Positions 25,511 to 38,105 of a DNA stretch of 64,000 bases are shown here, one piece after another. The stretch comes from Eledone cirrhosa (Eukaryota): NCBI GenBank assembly GCA_964016885.1, contig OZ024742.1, positions 39,680,001 to 39,744,000 on the forward strand, written 5' to 3'. Below the pieces are notes generated by a model. It was not told the origin of the DNA. It did no database searches and worked only from the letters and a program-made list of their open reading frames with translations. A program made the position numbers and the translations under genes. Each line of letters starts with the position of its first letter. Positions within the stretch are counted from its first letter, which is position 1.

Positions 25511-26321
25511 CACCATGTGAATAAGTAGTGTAAATGGGTAGTTTTGAAGGCCATAAATAGTGGAATAATCCCAATTTAATCCCACAAACTGCTATGTTAT
25601 CACGTCCATATCAAATACCCTTTCCTGATATTTGATATATATCGGATTTCTAATAACCCCTTCACTAACACCTTTATATTAATAGTTTCTTTATTGACGC
25701 TTGTTTTACTTTCTTTTACATTTTGTCTGTGTTTATTTTGTTGCTTTGTTTTCACATACCACTTATTGAAATCCTTGAAAAGAACCTCATGAGGGAGGGG
25801 GAGTATTAAGTAAGATATAGCTGTGCCAATCCTGGGCATTGTTGTAGGTATGTATGTGGTTAAGAAGTTTGCTTTGCAGCCAAGTGATTCAATCTCACCT
25901 TGCGACATTATACGAGAGTGTCTTCTATCATATCCTAGTATTAACCTATGCTAATGCCTTTCCAAACGTTTCCATTTCATTTATTTCTGAAAACGTTTCG
26001 AAAATGAATTCATTCCAACCCTGTTTTGTTTGGTAATTTGTGTTTGAATCTCTATGAAACATATATAAAAGGCCCTTAACTCCTGATGGACTTGTAGAGG
26101 TGCTGTCCTGACACATGGCGTGTCTGGAGAATTTTTTACCTGGCAGTGTCCATCTAGCTCCAGGTCGGAACACAGCTGATTTCTACCAGAGAATGAAAGA
26201 GACGTTGCAAGAGAGAGGTGCACTAACGACTCTGCCAATTCACCTCTTCATTACATCACCTGAAAGAAAAAAAAGGAGAAATTTTATAATATTGTTTTTA
26301 ACATTATTATTTTAGCTTCAA

Positions 26322-26877
26322 AATGAGTTCAAATCCCGCCGAGGTTAGCTTTGCCTTTCGTCCTTACGGGGTCAATAAAATAAAGCACCAGTAATGCACT
26401 GGGGTCGATCTAATTGACTTGTCCTTCCCCCCAAACTTGTTGGCTTTGTGCCGAAATCAGAAACCATTATTTTAGCTTCAAATAGCAGTATTGATTTCTA
26501 ATTTAGACACAGAAATTTGAAGGGAAGGGAAGATGATTATATCAATCCCAATACTTGACTGGTACTTTATTTTATCAATCCCGGAAAGGGTGAAAAGCAA
26601 AGTTGACCTTGGCAGGATTTGAACTCAGAACGTAAAACGTCAGAACAAATAACTCGGAACAAACCAACATTATTTCACTTACTTATGGGCGGTGTATTGG
26701 CAGTATCGGTAGAGGGTCGGACGCCATGCTTTCCAGCATAGTTACGTCCCTTTACGATCTGAGTTCAAATCCCGCCGAGGTTGACTTTGCCTTTCATCCT
26801 TACGGGATCGATAAAATAAAGTACCAGTAATGCACTGGGTAATTGCTGGCCTTGTGCCTAAAGTAGAAACAATTATT
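26322..26877. mobile_element. Three SINE A copies/fragments
   Basis: ~26322-26470(+), ~26490-26650(-), ~26688-26877(+). Confidence 0.8.
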
Positions 26878-27142
26878 TCACTTACTTATGAACAATTAAA
26901 GATGAGCAGATGGCAGTACTGGGAACATATACAGTCAGTCAATGTGAATAGATAGTGGTACTAAGATCAAATACAGCCAGTCATGTGAATATATCAATCT
27001 GTAGGACTCATACAGATAGTTAAACTCAAAACAGTAAAAAGAAAAAGCAAATTAGAATTTTAATAAACAAAATAAGCCTACTTCAAATTTTCATCTTAAC
27101 CTCTGATAATTTTAAATTAATGTATATATGAGAATTGAATTA

Positions 27143-27355
27143 CGAGGCAATTTTGAAAGCATTGTAATGATATTGAATTTCAAATGACTTAGAAGCCCAG
27201 ACAATATGTATAATGAAATAAAACATTTAAGCATTTCAATCTTAAAAGACTTGAATTTAAAAAATAAAACCATGTTTTATTTAAACATATCCACTGTCTG
27301 GGCTTCTGAGTTACTTCAAATTTAATATCACATCAATGTTCTCGAAACGACCTCG
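27143..27355. mobile_element. Mariner-type MITE (imperfect fold-back)
   Basis: TA-CGAGG...CCTCG-TA termini; internal inverted blocks AGAAGCCCAGACA/TGTCTGGGCTTCT and AAATAAAACAT/ATGTTTTATTT. Confidence 0.65.
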
Positions 27356-28040
27356 TAATTCAATTGACGTATCCCAAGGACATCCGAGCCAGATAAACAG
27401 AGGTACAATTTAATAATTTATATTTTCTACCCTCAAATTCTGAAAACTTCTTTAGAGAGGGGGAAAAAAATGTGTATTTATTACTTGCACTAAACCCTCT
27501 GAATGTATAACTAAGATTGACACAGGGATCAACTTGCGAACAAGTGCTACTACCAACTAACTCTATTATTATCATTTTACCTCCTGCTTCGGCTGTGAGA
27601 CAACGTTAGTTTTTCCGGCGTGACATATCTACAATTTCTATCTTCAGTATCTGAAAACTTATTCAGAGAAAGAAAGGATGATTTCTCAGGTGTTATTTTA
27701 CCTCACCTTTCTTTGGTAAGGTGACAATTCCTGGCATCATAAAGTATCTTTTGTTGATTCACTGTTGAAAGTCTTTTAAGACTGAAAATGTTTCATTTCG
27801 TCATACGCATTTTCTGGGGTACTAAGTTATTTTGAATTTAATACTCATACATATATATAATATTAATAAGGAAATATGAAAAGTCCTTGATAAAAATGAT
27901 CAAACTGGGACACAGTTACGTTTTCATTACACATTTCAAAGAACAACTGTTCCCTAATTACACACACATATAGACAGATATATACTCCTTGCGTGGAGAA
28001 AACAAATTTTACATGGTAGGACACTACCTTGATAGTTTTT

Positions 28041-28118
<78 letters not shown>

Positions 28119-28123
<5 letters not shown>

Positions 28124-29350
28124 TTAATATGTCCAGGGATACTAGGTACCCCTAGAAATACATAGGTTGTCTATGATTCAGGGTTGTTCAATGGTGTTAA
28201 TTTGATACACTAGAACTTTAATATTAAGATAAGCAGAACAAGTAAAATTCAATCAATTTTTCAAAATACATTAAAAAATATAATATAAATATTTACCTCT
28301 TCTAGTGGCCCTTACTGATCAGTTTCGCTTTGTAAAACCTCATAAATCCGATGGATTCATGATGGAAAACCAAAGCTCATCAGAGAAGCATTTTCCCATC
28401 CTAGGGCTAAACGTCCCAGGAACGACAAAATATACAACCTCCTGCCAGCTAATAAAGGTCTGAAAGGTCGTAAAAGTGACCCGTATGTAAACTGGACCGA
28501 AGTAAAAGCGGGAAAATCAAAGACTTGCTGTCTACAATTACTACTAAAGAAATAGCAGCCTAGTAAAGCAACAGATTTGTTCTCAACGGACGGAGAAAAA
28601 GGTATAAGTTAATATGTCCAGGGATACTAGGTACCCCTAGAAATACATAGGTTGTCTATGATTCAGGGTTGTTCAATGGTGTTAATTTGATACACCAGAA
28701 CTTTAATATTAAGATAAGCAGAACAAGTAAAATTCAATCAATTTTTCAAAATACATTAAAAAATATAATATAAATATTTACCTCTTCTAGTGGCCCTTAC
28801 TGATCAGTTTCGCTTTGTAAAACCTCATAAATCCGATGGATTCATGATGGAAAACCAAAGCTCATCAGAGAAGCATTTTCCCATCCTAGGGCTAAACGTC
28901 CCAGGAACGACAAAATATACAACCTCCTGCCAGCTAATAAAGGTCTGAAAGGTCGTAAAAGTGACCCGTATGTAAACTGGACCGAAGTAAAAGCGGGAAA
29001 ATCAAAGACTTGCTGTCTACAATTACTACTAAAGAAATAGCAGCCTAGTAAAGCAACAGATTTGTTCTCAACGGACGGAGAAAAAGGTATAAGTTAATAT
29101 GTCCAGGGATACTAGGTACCCCTAGAAATACATAGGTTGTCTATGATTCAGGGTTGTTCAATGGTGTTAATTTGATACACCAGAACTTTAATATTAAGAT
29201 AAGCAGAACAAGTAAAATTCAATCAATTTTTCAAAATACATTAAAAAATATAATATAAAGGGCCACTAGAAGAGGTAAATATTTATATTATATTTTTTAA
29301 TGTATTTTGAAAAATTGATTGAATTTTACTTGTTCTGCTTATCTTAATAT
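28119..29350 (-). mobile_element. Retrozyme-like tandem repeat: 485-bp unit x ~2.3 with one hammerhead per unit, plus terminal inversion
   Basis: Unit starts at 28121, 28606, 29091 (near-identical). HHR at 28308-28389 and 28793-28874(-): CTGATGA-GCTTTG..long hairpin..CAAAGC-GAAAC-TGATCA-GTA. Inverted piece 29259-29350. Confidence 0.85.
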
Positions 29351-29365
29351 ATATATATATATATA

Positions 29366-30099
29366 TACATTATGAAGAGAGAAGAAACATTTAGATATAA
29401 TTAGTAATAAAATGTATCATACCTAAACTGCTCCTAAATTCCTCGACTACGTAGTTTCGTGGCGCATTCATGTATATATGTGTGTGTCCGCATGTATCTG
29501 TGTGTTTCTAAATATATTAATAACTCCCTCTGGTCGAGCAATCTTTGAAGTGTGGGGACAACTGGAAAGCTTCCATTACTCATACTTCTCGCCTTCTTCA
29601 CTACCTCTTCTACGGCCTCGATATGAATACCCCCTCCGCCTCCGTGGTATTTTCTTCGTGGTTATAAGAGGCTTAGCTCTGTTTCTCGACCGTTATATCG
29701 CGTGACTATCTCCCCCTCCGCCTTTTGGGATTCTTTCTCACGTCGTGCAGACGCGTTCTTGAGACTAGTAAAATGAGGTATCCTCTTGATAAGTTGGCAG
29801 ACCTCGCAAGGACTCTATATCTTTGATATATTGTTTTTGTTTATGCCACGAAACTACGTAGTCGAGGAATTTAGGAGCAGTTTAGGTATGATACATTTTA
29901 TTACTAATTATATCTAAATGTTTCTTCTCTCTTCATAATGTATTTTTAACTCTGATACTGGTTCAGTCTGGTTCAAACTGAATTGGTCTGTCCCAGTCAT
30001 TCATTGAGCAACATCGGTGAAGTTGGCACCCTTAACTCACAGTTGGGTGCGGATGCATTCATGTATATATGTGTGTGTCCGCATGTATCTGTGTGTTTC

Positions 30100-30105
<6 letters not shown>
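29366..30105 (+). mobile_element. ~591-bp unit with terminal direct repeat, 5' inversion and degenerate hammerhead
   Basis: Direct repeat at 29464 and 30055; 29366-29463 is the reverse complement of 29844-29942. HHR 29781-29868: TCCTC-TTGATAA-GTTGGCA...TGCCAC-GAAAC-TACGTA-GTC-GAGGA. Confidence 0.75.
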
Positions 30106-30134
<29 letters not shown>

Positions 30135-30404
30135 GATAACAAGTTATCGTTTTAGGTAATCCAGTTAGAGGAGGTTGTGAGTACTCTGTACTATGGATAG
30201 TTTTAACGTACGGCGTTGTTTGACTTAACAAGAGGTTTCCTTAGTTAGGTAGCGAGTTTGCGAGAATTCCCATGTAGGTCATATTTAAGGTCGAGTGACG
30301 CAATTTCGAGTGATCAGCAGCCTTTAGACTCACATGATCAATGAAACAATTGTTAATACTGTAAATAAAACCCTTTTTGTATAGCCGACCTATTCTTCAC
30401 GCTT

Positions 30405-30465
<61 letters not shown>

Positions 30466-30469
<4 letters not shown>

Positions 30470-31016
30470 ACGTATTTTATTACATGTTACCATGTGCTAC
30501 CTGCAGTATTTTTCTCTATATTTTAATACATATATTTACCACTGCGATTCTGTGTTTTTTCTCTCTCTCTTACTGTTCCCCCATTCTCTCTGTTTCTCCC
30601 CCTCTGTCTTGTCCGTTAACTCTTCCTCACACTTTCACTCACTCACTGTTTTTCTCCCTCTTCTCTTCATTTCATCCTGCACTCACGGACGCTATTTTTT
30701 CTCTCTCTGCTCAATGGCATTCGTTCGTGCTGGACTATTCTTTCCCTAGCGCTCATATATTCACCTAGCTTACGCTAACAGAATAACTTTTGAAGCTTGT
30801 TTCTCTCCCACGGTATGCTATCTTTTCTGTTGTTCCCCTGTCTCACTCGCTTTACGCGTTTTAATTGTCCTAATAACTTATTTTGGTTATTATTGCACCG
30901 AAGTGAGATATATGATTTTTAATGCAATGAAATATCTATGATCTTCGGCAAATCACTGATGAGGGACGTATTTTATTACATGTTACCATGTGCTACCTGC
31001 AGTATTTTTCTCTATA

Positions 31017-31023
<7 letters not shown>
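30466..31023 (+). mobile_element. 496-bp unit with ~60-bp terminal direct repeat carrying the rearranged hammerhead motif
   Basis: AGGGACGTATTTTATTACATG...TTTTAATA at 30466 and 30962; TA flanks. Confidence 0.8.
30867..30967 (+). ncRNA. Non-circularly permuted hammerhead-like ribozyme, copy 3
   Basis: GTCC/GGAC, TAATAAC/GTTATTA, TTGCA/TGCAA, CCGAAG/CTTCGG, AGATAT/ATATCT, TGATTT/AAATCA. GAAA 30929-32, CTGATGA 30956-62; predicted cleavage after AUA at 30912. Confidence 0.8.
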
Positions 31024-31087
<64 letters not shown>

Positions 31088-31089
<2 letters not shown>

Positions 31090-31615
31090 AAGGTATATAT
31101 TGAGTTAGAAACTCAAAATAGTCTCTTACAATAAAATAGCTCTAGGAAAGAGATTTTTCCGAGCCGTATATCATAATTGAATATAAAAGAAAGATAAACA
31201 CAGACATATACATATATGTCTTCAAATCGTAAGGGACCAGATTCGCTAAGGTGAAAAAAATACTAACTATAGACAATAGGGTTTGCCAGACTCAATTTAA
31301 GAATAAATCAAGAAAATAAATACAAACCAGAATTGTGGTAACTACCAATCACCCATACAGCGTTTGGCTATGCTGTTTCGCGAATTAATTGTGAAGAGGA
31401 TGACCGATTCTTGCTCATCAGTGGGTGAAAATTAGTAATCTCCTCACTTCCAAGTATATTAGACAACTGAATAGTTTGCGTATATATAATAACGCACGTG
31501 GTATCAGAACTTAGCGTGTCTCACAAACTCACACCACTAAAAATAGCAGCGAAGTTTACTCGACATTTAAATTACCTCGACAAATTAACGGAACCGAATA
31601 TATCAAAGGTATATG
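31088..31615 (-). mobile_element. 516-bp monomer with short terminal direct repeat and canonical type I hammerhead
   Basis: ATATATCAAAGGTATAT at both ends. HHR 31349-31428(-): TCACCCA-CTGATGA-GC...GC-GAAAC-AGC-ATAGCCAAAC-GCT-GTA-TGGGTGA. Confidence 0.8.
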
Positions 31616-31649
31616 TATATGTATATGCCTGTGTTTATCTCTCTGTTAT

Positions 31650-32220
31650 ATATATATTCTAGGGCGGGTAAAATTCCCGAGACCCATGGACGAGTTCTCT
31701 CCAGCGGTCTCTGTCCCTCATTATTGCTGCCATGTCCTGCGTCTCCAACAGACCAGTATCTGTCCTTAGGGCATCAACATACGTTAACCTTGGTCTTCCT
31801 CTTCCAGTGTGTCCATGTAGGGGCTCCCACAGGGGCACTGAGTGCAATGTCAACTCTGGATGTCCAGCTAGCCTCAGTCTCCTCTGTGTCACTTTTGAGC
31901 TGACTTTTGGGATGCTCCCATACAGCTCTGAGTTTTTCATCCTCAGTTTTTACTGATTAATGTTCAGAGCCATCCTCAGCATACTCGTGTAGCACCCATC
32001 CACCATCTGAGTGAGTCTCTTGGTCAGTGTCCAAGTCTCAGACCCGAACAACAGCACAGACTCCACTTCAGCAATGAAGAGGCGGATTTTCAGGTCTTTA
32101 CGAAGGTCCGACTTCCACACCGATCTCAAGCTGTGGCATGCTGCCCAGGCTTTGCTCTTCCTCTCAACCACATCATCTTCCGTATTCCCAATCTTTGCTC
32201 CCAAATACAGGAAGACCTCA
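31650..32220 (-). mobile_element. RTE-type LINE 3' fragment
   Basis: YLGAKI...ESVLLFGSETWTLTK...MLRMALNI and RRLRLAGH...GRGRPRLTYVD...DRDRWR. Confidence 0.8.
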
Positions 32221-32443
32221 ACCGATAAGTGTGTAATTTTTTAATGAAGCGCCGTGCGATATTTGTTCTGCCCTGTGTTACAGACAGTCCCTGCTGCTCT
32301 CAATGAGAGAAATTCTGTGAATTAATGAGTAAGCCCCTGGAAATCTATGACTAATATTATTGTTGTTCAGCAATTGCAATGTATATGATGGACCTCCCAA
32401 GGCATTACTAATCCTTGAAATTGATTATTAATGACAGTATATA

Positions 32444-32990
32444 AGGCGGTGGATTGGCAGTATCGGTAGAAGGTTCGACGCCATGCTTTATAGCACAGAG
32501 TTACGGCCTTGCATGGTCTGAGTTCAAATCCCGCTTAGGTTAACTTTGCATTTCATCCTTACGCGTTAGATAAAATAAACCACCAGTAATACACTGGGAT
32601 AATTGCTGGCCTTGTGCCAAAAGTAGAAACAATTATTACTGACGGTATAAGGGCGGTGGATTGGCAGTATCGGAAGGGGGTTCGACGCCATGCTATGCAG
32701 CATAGAGTTACGACCCTTTATGATCTGAGTTCAAATGCCGCCGAGGTTAAATTTGCCTTTCATCCTTACGGGGTCGATAAAATAAAGCACCAGTAATACA
32801 CTGGTGTAATTGCTAGCCTTGTGCCAAAAGTAGAAACACTTCTTATTTCAACTATAGGCACAAGGCCAGCTTCTAAATGAGTTCAAATCCTGCCGAAGTT
32901 ATCTTTGCCTTTCATCCTTACGTGGTCGATAAAATAAAGTACCAGTCACGAACTGGAGTCGATTTAATCGACTTTCTCCACAAAATATCG
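32444..32990 (+). mobile_element. Three head-to-tail SINE A copies leading into the satellite
   Basis: ~32444-32640, 32651-32840 and 32875-32990. Confidence 0.85.
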
Positions 32991-35900
32991 CTGGCCTTGT
33001 GCCTATATAAGAAACCATTCAGTAATACACTGGGTAATTGCTGGCCTTGTGCCTATATAAGAAACCATTCAGTAATACACTGGGTAATTGCTGGCCTTGT
33101 GCCTAAAGTAGAAACCATTCAGTAATACACTGAGTAATTGCTGGCCTTGTGCCTATATAAGAAACCATTCAGTAATACACTGGGTAATTGCTGGCCTTGT
33201 GCCTATATAAGAAACCATTCAGTAATACACTGGGTAATTGCTGGCCGTGTGCCTAAAGTAGAAACCATTCAGTAATACACTGGGTAATTGCTGGCCTTGT
33301 GCCTATATAAGAAACCATTCAGTAATACACTGGGTAATTGCTGGCCATGTGCCTATATAAGAAACCATTCAGTAATACACTGGGTAATTGCTGGCCTTGT
33401 GCCTAAAGTAGAAACCATTCAGTAATACACTGGGTAATTGCTGGCCGTGTGCCTAAAGTAGAAACCATTCAGTAATACACTGGGTAATTGCTGGCCTTGT
33501 GCCTATATAAGAAACCATTCAGTAATACACTGGGTAATTGCTGGCCTTGTGCCTATATAAGAAACCATTCAGTAATACACTGGGTAATTGCTGGCCGTGT
33601 GCCTAAAGTAGAAACCATTCAGTAATACACTGGGTAATTGCTGGCCTTGTGCCTATATAAGAAACCATTCAGTAATACACTGGGTAATTGCTGGCCTTGT
33701 GCCTAAAGTAGAAACCATTCAGTAATACACTGGGTAATTGCTGGCCTTGTGCCTATATAAGAAACCATTCAGTAATGCACTGGGTAATTGCTGGCCTTGT
33801 GCCTATATAAGAAACCATTCAGTAATACACTGGGTAATTGTTGGCCTTGTGCCTATATAAGAAACCATTCAGTAATACACTGGGTAATTGCTGGCCTTGT
33901 GCCTATATAAGAAACCATTCAGTAATGCACTGGGTAATTGCTGGCCTTGTGCCTATATAAGAAACCATTCAGTAATACACTGGGTAATTGCTGGCCTTGT
34001 GCCTATATAAGAAACCATTCAGTAATACACTGGGTAATTGCTGGCCGTGTGCCTATATAAGAAACCATTCAGTAATACACTGGGTAATTGCTGGCCTTGT
34101 GCCTATATAAGAAACCATTCAGTAATACACTGGGTAATTGCTGGCCGTGTGCCTATATAAGAAACCATTCAGTAATACACTGGGTAATTGCTGGCCTTGT
34201 GCCTATATAAGAAACCATTCAGTAATACACTGGGTAATTGCTGGCCTTGTGCCTATATAAGAAACCATTCAGTAATACACTGGGTAATTGCTGGCCTTGT
34301 GCCTATATAAGAAACCATTCAGTAATACACTGGGTAATTGCTGGCCTTGTGCCTATATAAGAAACCATTCAGTAATACACTGGGTAATTGCTGGCCTTGT
34401 GCCTATATAAGAAACCATTCAGTAATACACTGGGTAATTGCTGGCCGTGTGCCTATATAAGAAACCATTCAGTAATACACTGGGTAATTGCTGGCCTTGT
34501 GCCTATATAAGAAACCATTCAGTAATACACTGGGTAATTGCTGGCCTTGTGCCTATATAAGAAACCATTCAGTAATACACTGGGTAATTGCTGGCCTTGT
34601 GCCTATATAAGAAACGATTCAGTAATACACTGGGTAATTGCTGGCCTTGTGCCTATATAAGAAACCATTCAGTAATACACTGGGTAATTGCTGGCCTTGT
34701 GCCTATATAAGAAACCATTCAGTAATGCACTGGGTATTGCTGGCCTAGTGCCTATATAAGAAACCATTCAGTAATACACTGGGTAATTGCTGGCCTTGTG
34801 CCTATATAAGAAACCATTCAGTAATACACTGGGTAATTGCTGGCCTTGTGCCTATATAAGAAACCATTCAGTAATACACTGGGTAATTGCTGGCCTTGTG
34901 CCTATATAAGAAACCATTCAGTAATGCACTGGGTAATTGCTGGCCTAGTGCCTATATAAGAAACCATTCAGTAATACACTGGGTAATTGCTGGCCTAGTG
35001 CCTATATAAGAAACCATTCAGTAATACACTGGGTAATTGCTGGCCTTGTGCCTATATAAGAAACCATTCAGTAATACACTGGGTAATTGCTGGCCTTGTG
35101 CCTATATAAGAAACCATTCAGTAATACACTGGGTAATTGCTGGCCTTGTGCCTATATAAGAAACCATTCAGTAATACACTGGGTAATTGCTGGCCTAGTG
35201 CCTATATAAGAAACCATTCAGTAATACACTGGGTAATTGCTGGCCTTGTGCCTATATAAGAAACCATTCAGTAATACACTGGGTAATTGCTGGCCTTGTG
35301 CCTATATAAGAAACCATTCAGTAATGCACTGGGTAATTGCTGGCCTAGTGCCTATATAAGAAACCATTCAGTAATACACTGGGTAATTGCTGGCCTAGTG
35401 CCTATATAAGAAACCATTCAGTAATACACTGGGTAATTGCTGGCCTTGTGCCTATATAAGAAACCATTCAGTAATGCACTGGGTAATTGCTGGCCTTGTG
35501 CCTATATAAGAAACCATTCAGTAATACACTGGGTAATTGCTGGCCTTGTGCCTATATAAGAAACCATTCAGTAATACACTGGGTAATTGCTGGCCGTGTG
35601 CCTATATAAGAAACCATTCAGTAATACACTGGGTAATTGCTGGCCTTGTGCCTATATAAGAAACCATTCAGTAATACACTGGGTAATTGCTGGCCGTGTG
35701 CCTATATAAGAAACCATTCAGTAATACACTGGGTAATTGCTGGCCTTGTGCCTATATAAGAAACCATTCAGTAATACACTGGGTAATTGCTGGCCTTGTG
35801 CCTATATAAGAAACCATTCAGTAATACACTGGGTAATTGCTGGCCTTGTGCCTATATAAGAAACCATTCAGTAATACACTGGGTAATTGCTGGCCTTGTG

Positions 35901-37770
35901 CCTATATAAGAAACCATTCAGTAATACACTGGGTAATTGCTGGCCTTGTGCCTATATAAGAAACCATTCAGTAATACACTGGGTAATTGCTGGCCGTGTG
36001 CCTATATAAGAAACCATTCAGTAATACACTGGGTAATTGCTGGCCTTGTGCCTATATAAGAAACCATTCAGTAATACACTGGGTAATTGCTGGCCTTGTG
36101 CCTATATAAGAAACCATTCAGTAATACACTGGGTAATTGCTGGCCTTGTGCCTATATAAGAAACCATTCAGTAATACACTGGGTAATTGCTGGCCTTGTG
36201 CCTATATAAGAAACCATTCAGTAATACACTGGGTAATTGCTGGCCTTGTGCCTATATAAGAAACCATTCAGTAATGCACTGGGTATTGCTGGCCTAGTGC
36301 CTATATAAGAAACCATTCAGTAATACACTGGGTAATTGCTGGCCTTGTGCCTATATAAGAAACCATTCAGTAATACACTGGGTAATTGCTGGCCTTGTGC
36401 CTATATAAGAAACCATTCAGTAATACACTGGGTAATTGCTGGCCTTGTGCCTATATAAGAAACCATTCAGTAATGCACTGGGTAATTGCTGGCCTAGTGC
36501 CTATATAAGAAACCATTCAGTAATACACTGGGTAATTGCTGGCCTAGTGCCTATATAAGAAACCATTCAGTAATACACTGGGTAATTGCTGGCCTTGTGC
36601 CTATATAAGAAACCATTCAGTAATACACTGGGTAATTGCTGGCCTTGTGCCTATATAAGAAACCATTCAGTAATACACTGGGTAATTGCTGGCCTTGTGC
36701 CTATATAAGAAACCATTCAGTAATACACTGGGTAATTGCTGGCCTAGTGCCTATATAAGAAACCATTCAGTAATACACTGGGTAATTGCTGGCCTTGTGC
36801 CTATATAAGAAACCATTCAGTAATACACTGGGTAATTGCTGGCCTTGTGCCTATATAAGAAACCATTCAGTAATGCACTGGGTAATTGCTGGCCTAGTGC
36901 CTATATAAGAAACCATTCAGTAATACACTGGGTAATTGCTGGCCTAGTGCCTATATAAGAAACCATTCAGTAATACACTGGGTAATTGCTGGCCTTGTGC
37001 CTATATAAGAAACCATTCAGTAATACACTGGGTAATTGCTGGCCTTGTGCCTATATAAGAAACCATTCAGTAATACACTGGGTAATTGCTGGCCTTGTGC
37101 CTATATAAGAAACCATTCAGTAATACACTGGGTAATTGCTGGCCTTGTGCCTATATAAGAAACCATTCAGTAATACACTGGGTAATTGCTGGCCTTGTGC
37201 CTATATAAGAAACCATTCAGTAATACACTGGGTAATTGCTGGCCTTGTGCCTATATAAGAAACCATTCAGTAATACACTGGGTAATTGCTGGCCTAGTGC
37301 CTATATAAGAAACCATTCAGTAATACACTGGGTAATTGCTGGCCTTGTGCCTATATAAGAAACCATTCAGTAATACACTGGGTAATTGCTGGCCTTGTGC
37401 CTATATAAGAAACCATTCAGTAATGCACTGGGTAATTGCTGGCCTAGTGCCTATATAAGAAACCATTCAGTAATACACTGGGTAATTGCTGGCCTAGTGC
37501 CTATATAAGAAACCATTCAGTAATACACTGGGTAATTGCTGGCCTTGTGCCTATATAAGAAACCATTCAGTAATACACTGGGTAATTGCTGGCCTTGTGC
37601 CTATATAAGAAACCATTCAGTAATACACTGGGTAATTGCTGGCCTTGTGCCTATATAAGAAACCATTCAGTAATACACTGGGTAATTGCTGGCCTTGTGC
37701 CTATATAAGAAACCATTCAGTAATACACTGGGTAATTGCTGGCCTTGTGCCTAAAGTAGAAACCATTATT
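32990..37770 (+). repeat. 50-bp tandem satellite (~95 units) derived from the SINE A 3' end
   Basis: Unit CAGTAATACACTGGGTAATTGCTGGCCTTGTGCCTATATAAGAAACCATT matches the SINE tail; no spacers. Confidence 0.97.
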
Positions 37771-37995
37771 ACTGACCGTGTGGATCCACTAGTTGCTAAA
37801 ACAACAACACATCAAATATGCTCATATCATAGTTTCTATTTCTGGTTGTAAATATTTGCCAGGACGACAACACCACATCAACCCTTTGTCAGCTGATCCC
37901 GCCTCTCTTTCTTGTCAACAGAATACTATATACGAAAAGGCCCGCATTTTGTGTTTGTGCCTGTTCTGATACATACATACACACATGTATCTACA

Positions 37996-38105
<110 letters not shown>

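Noticed and set aside
30290-30360. GAAACAATTGTT preceded by a TGATCA stem in a TA-bounded insert
   Set aside because: No recognisable CUGANGA or stem I; at best a decayed HHR half.
32990-37770. CRISPR-like regular array
   Set aside because: Pure head-to-tail 50-bp repeats with no unique spacers, no cas genes, eukaryotic context; the unit derives from the SINE tail.
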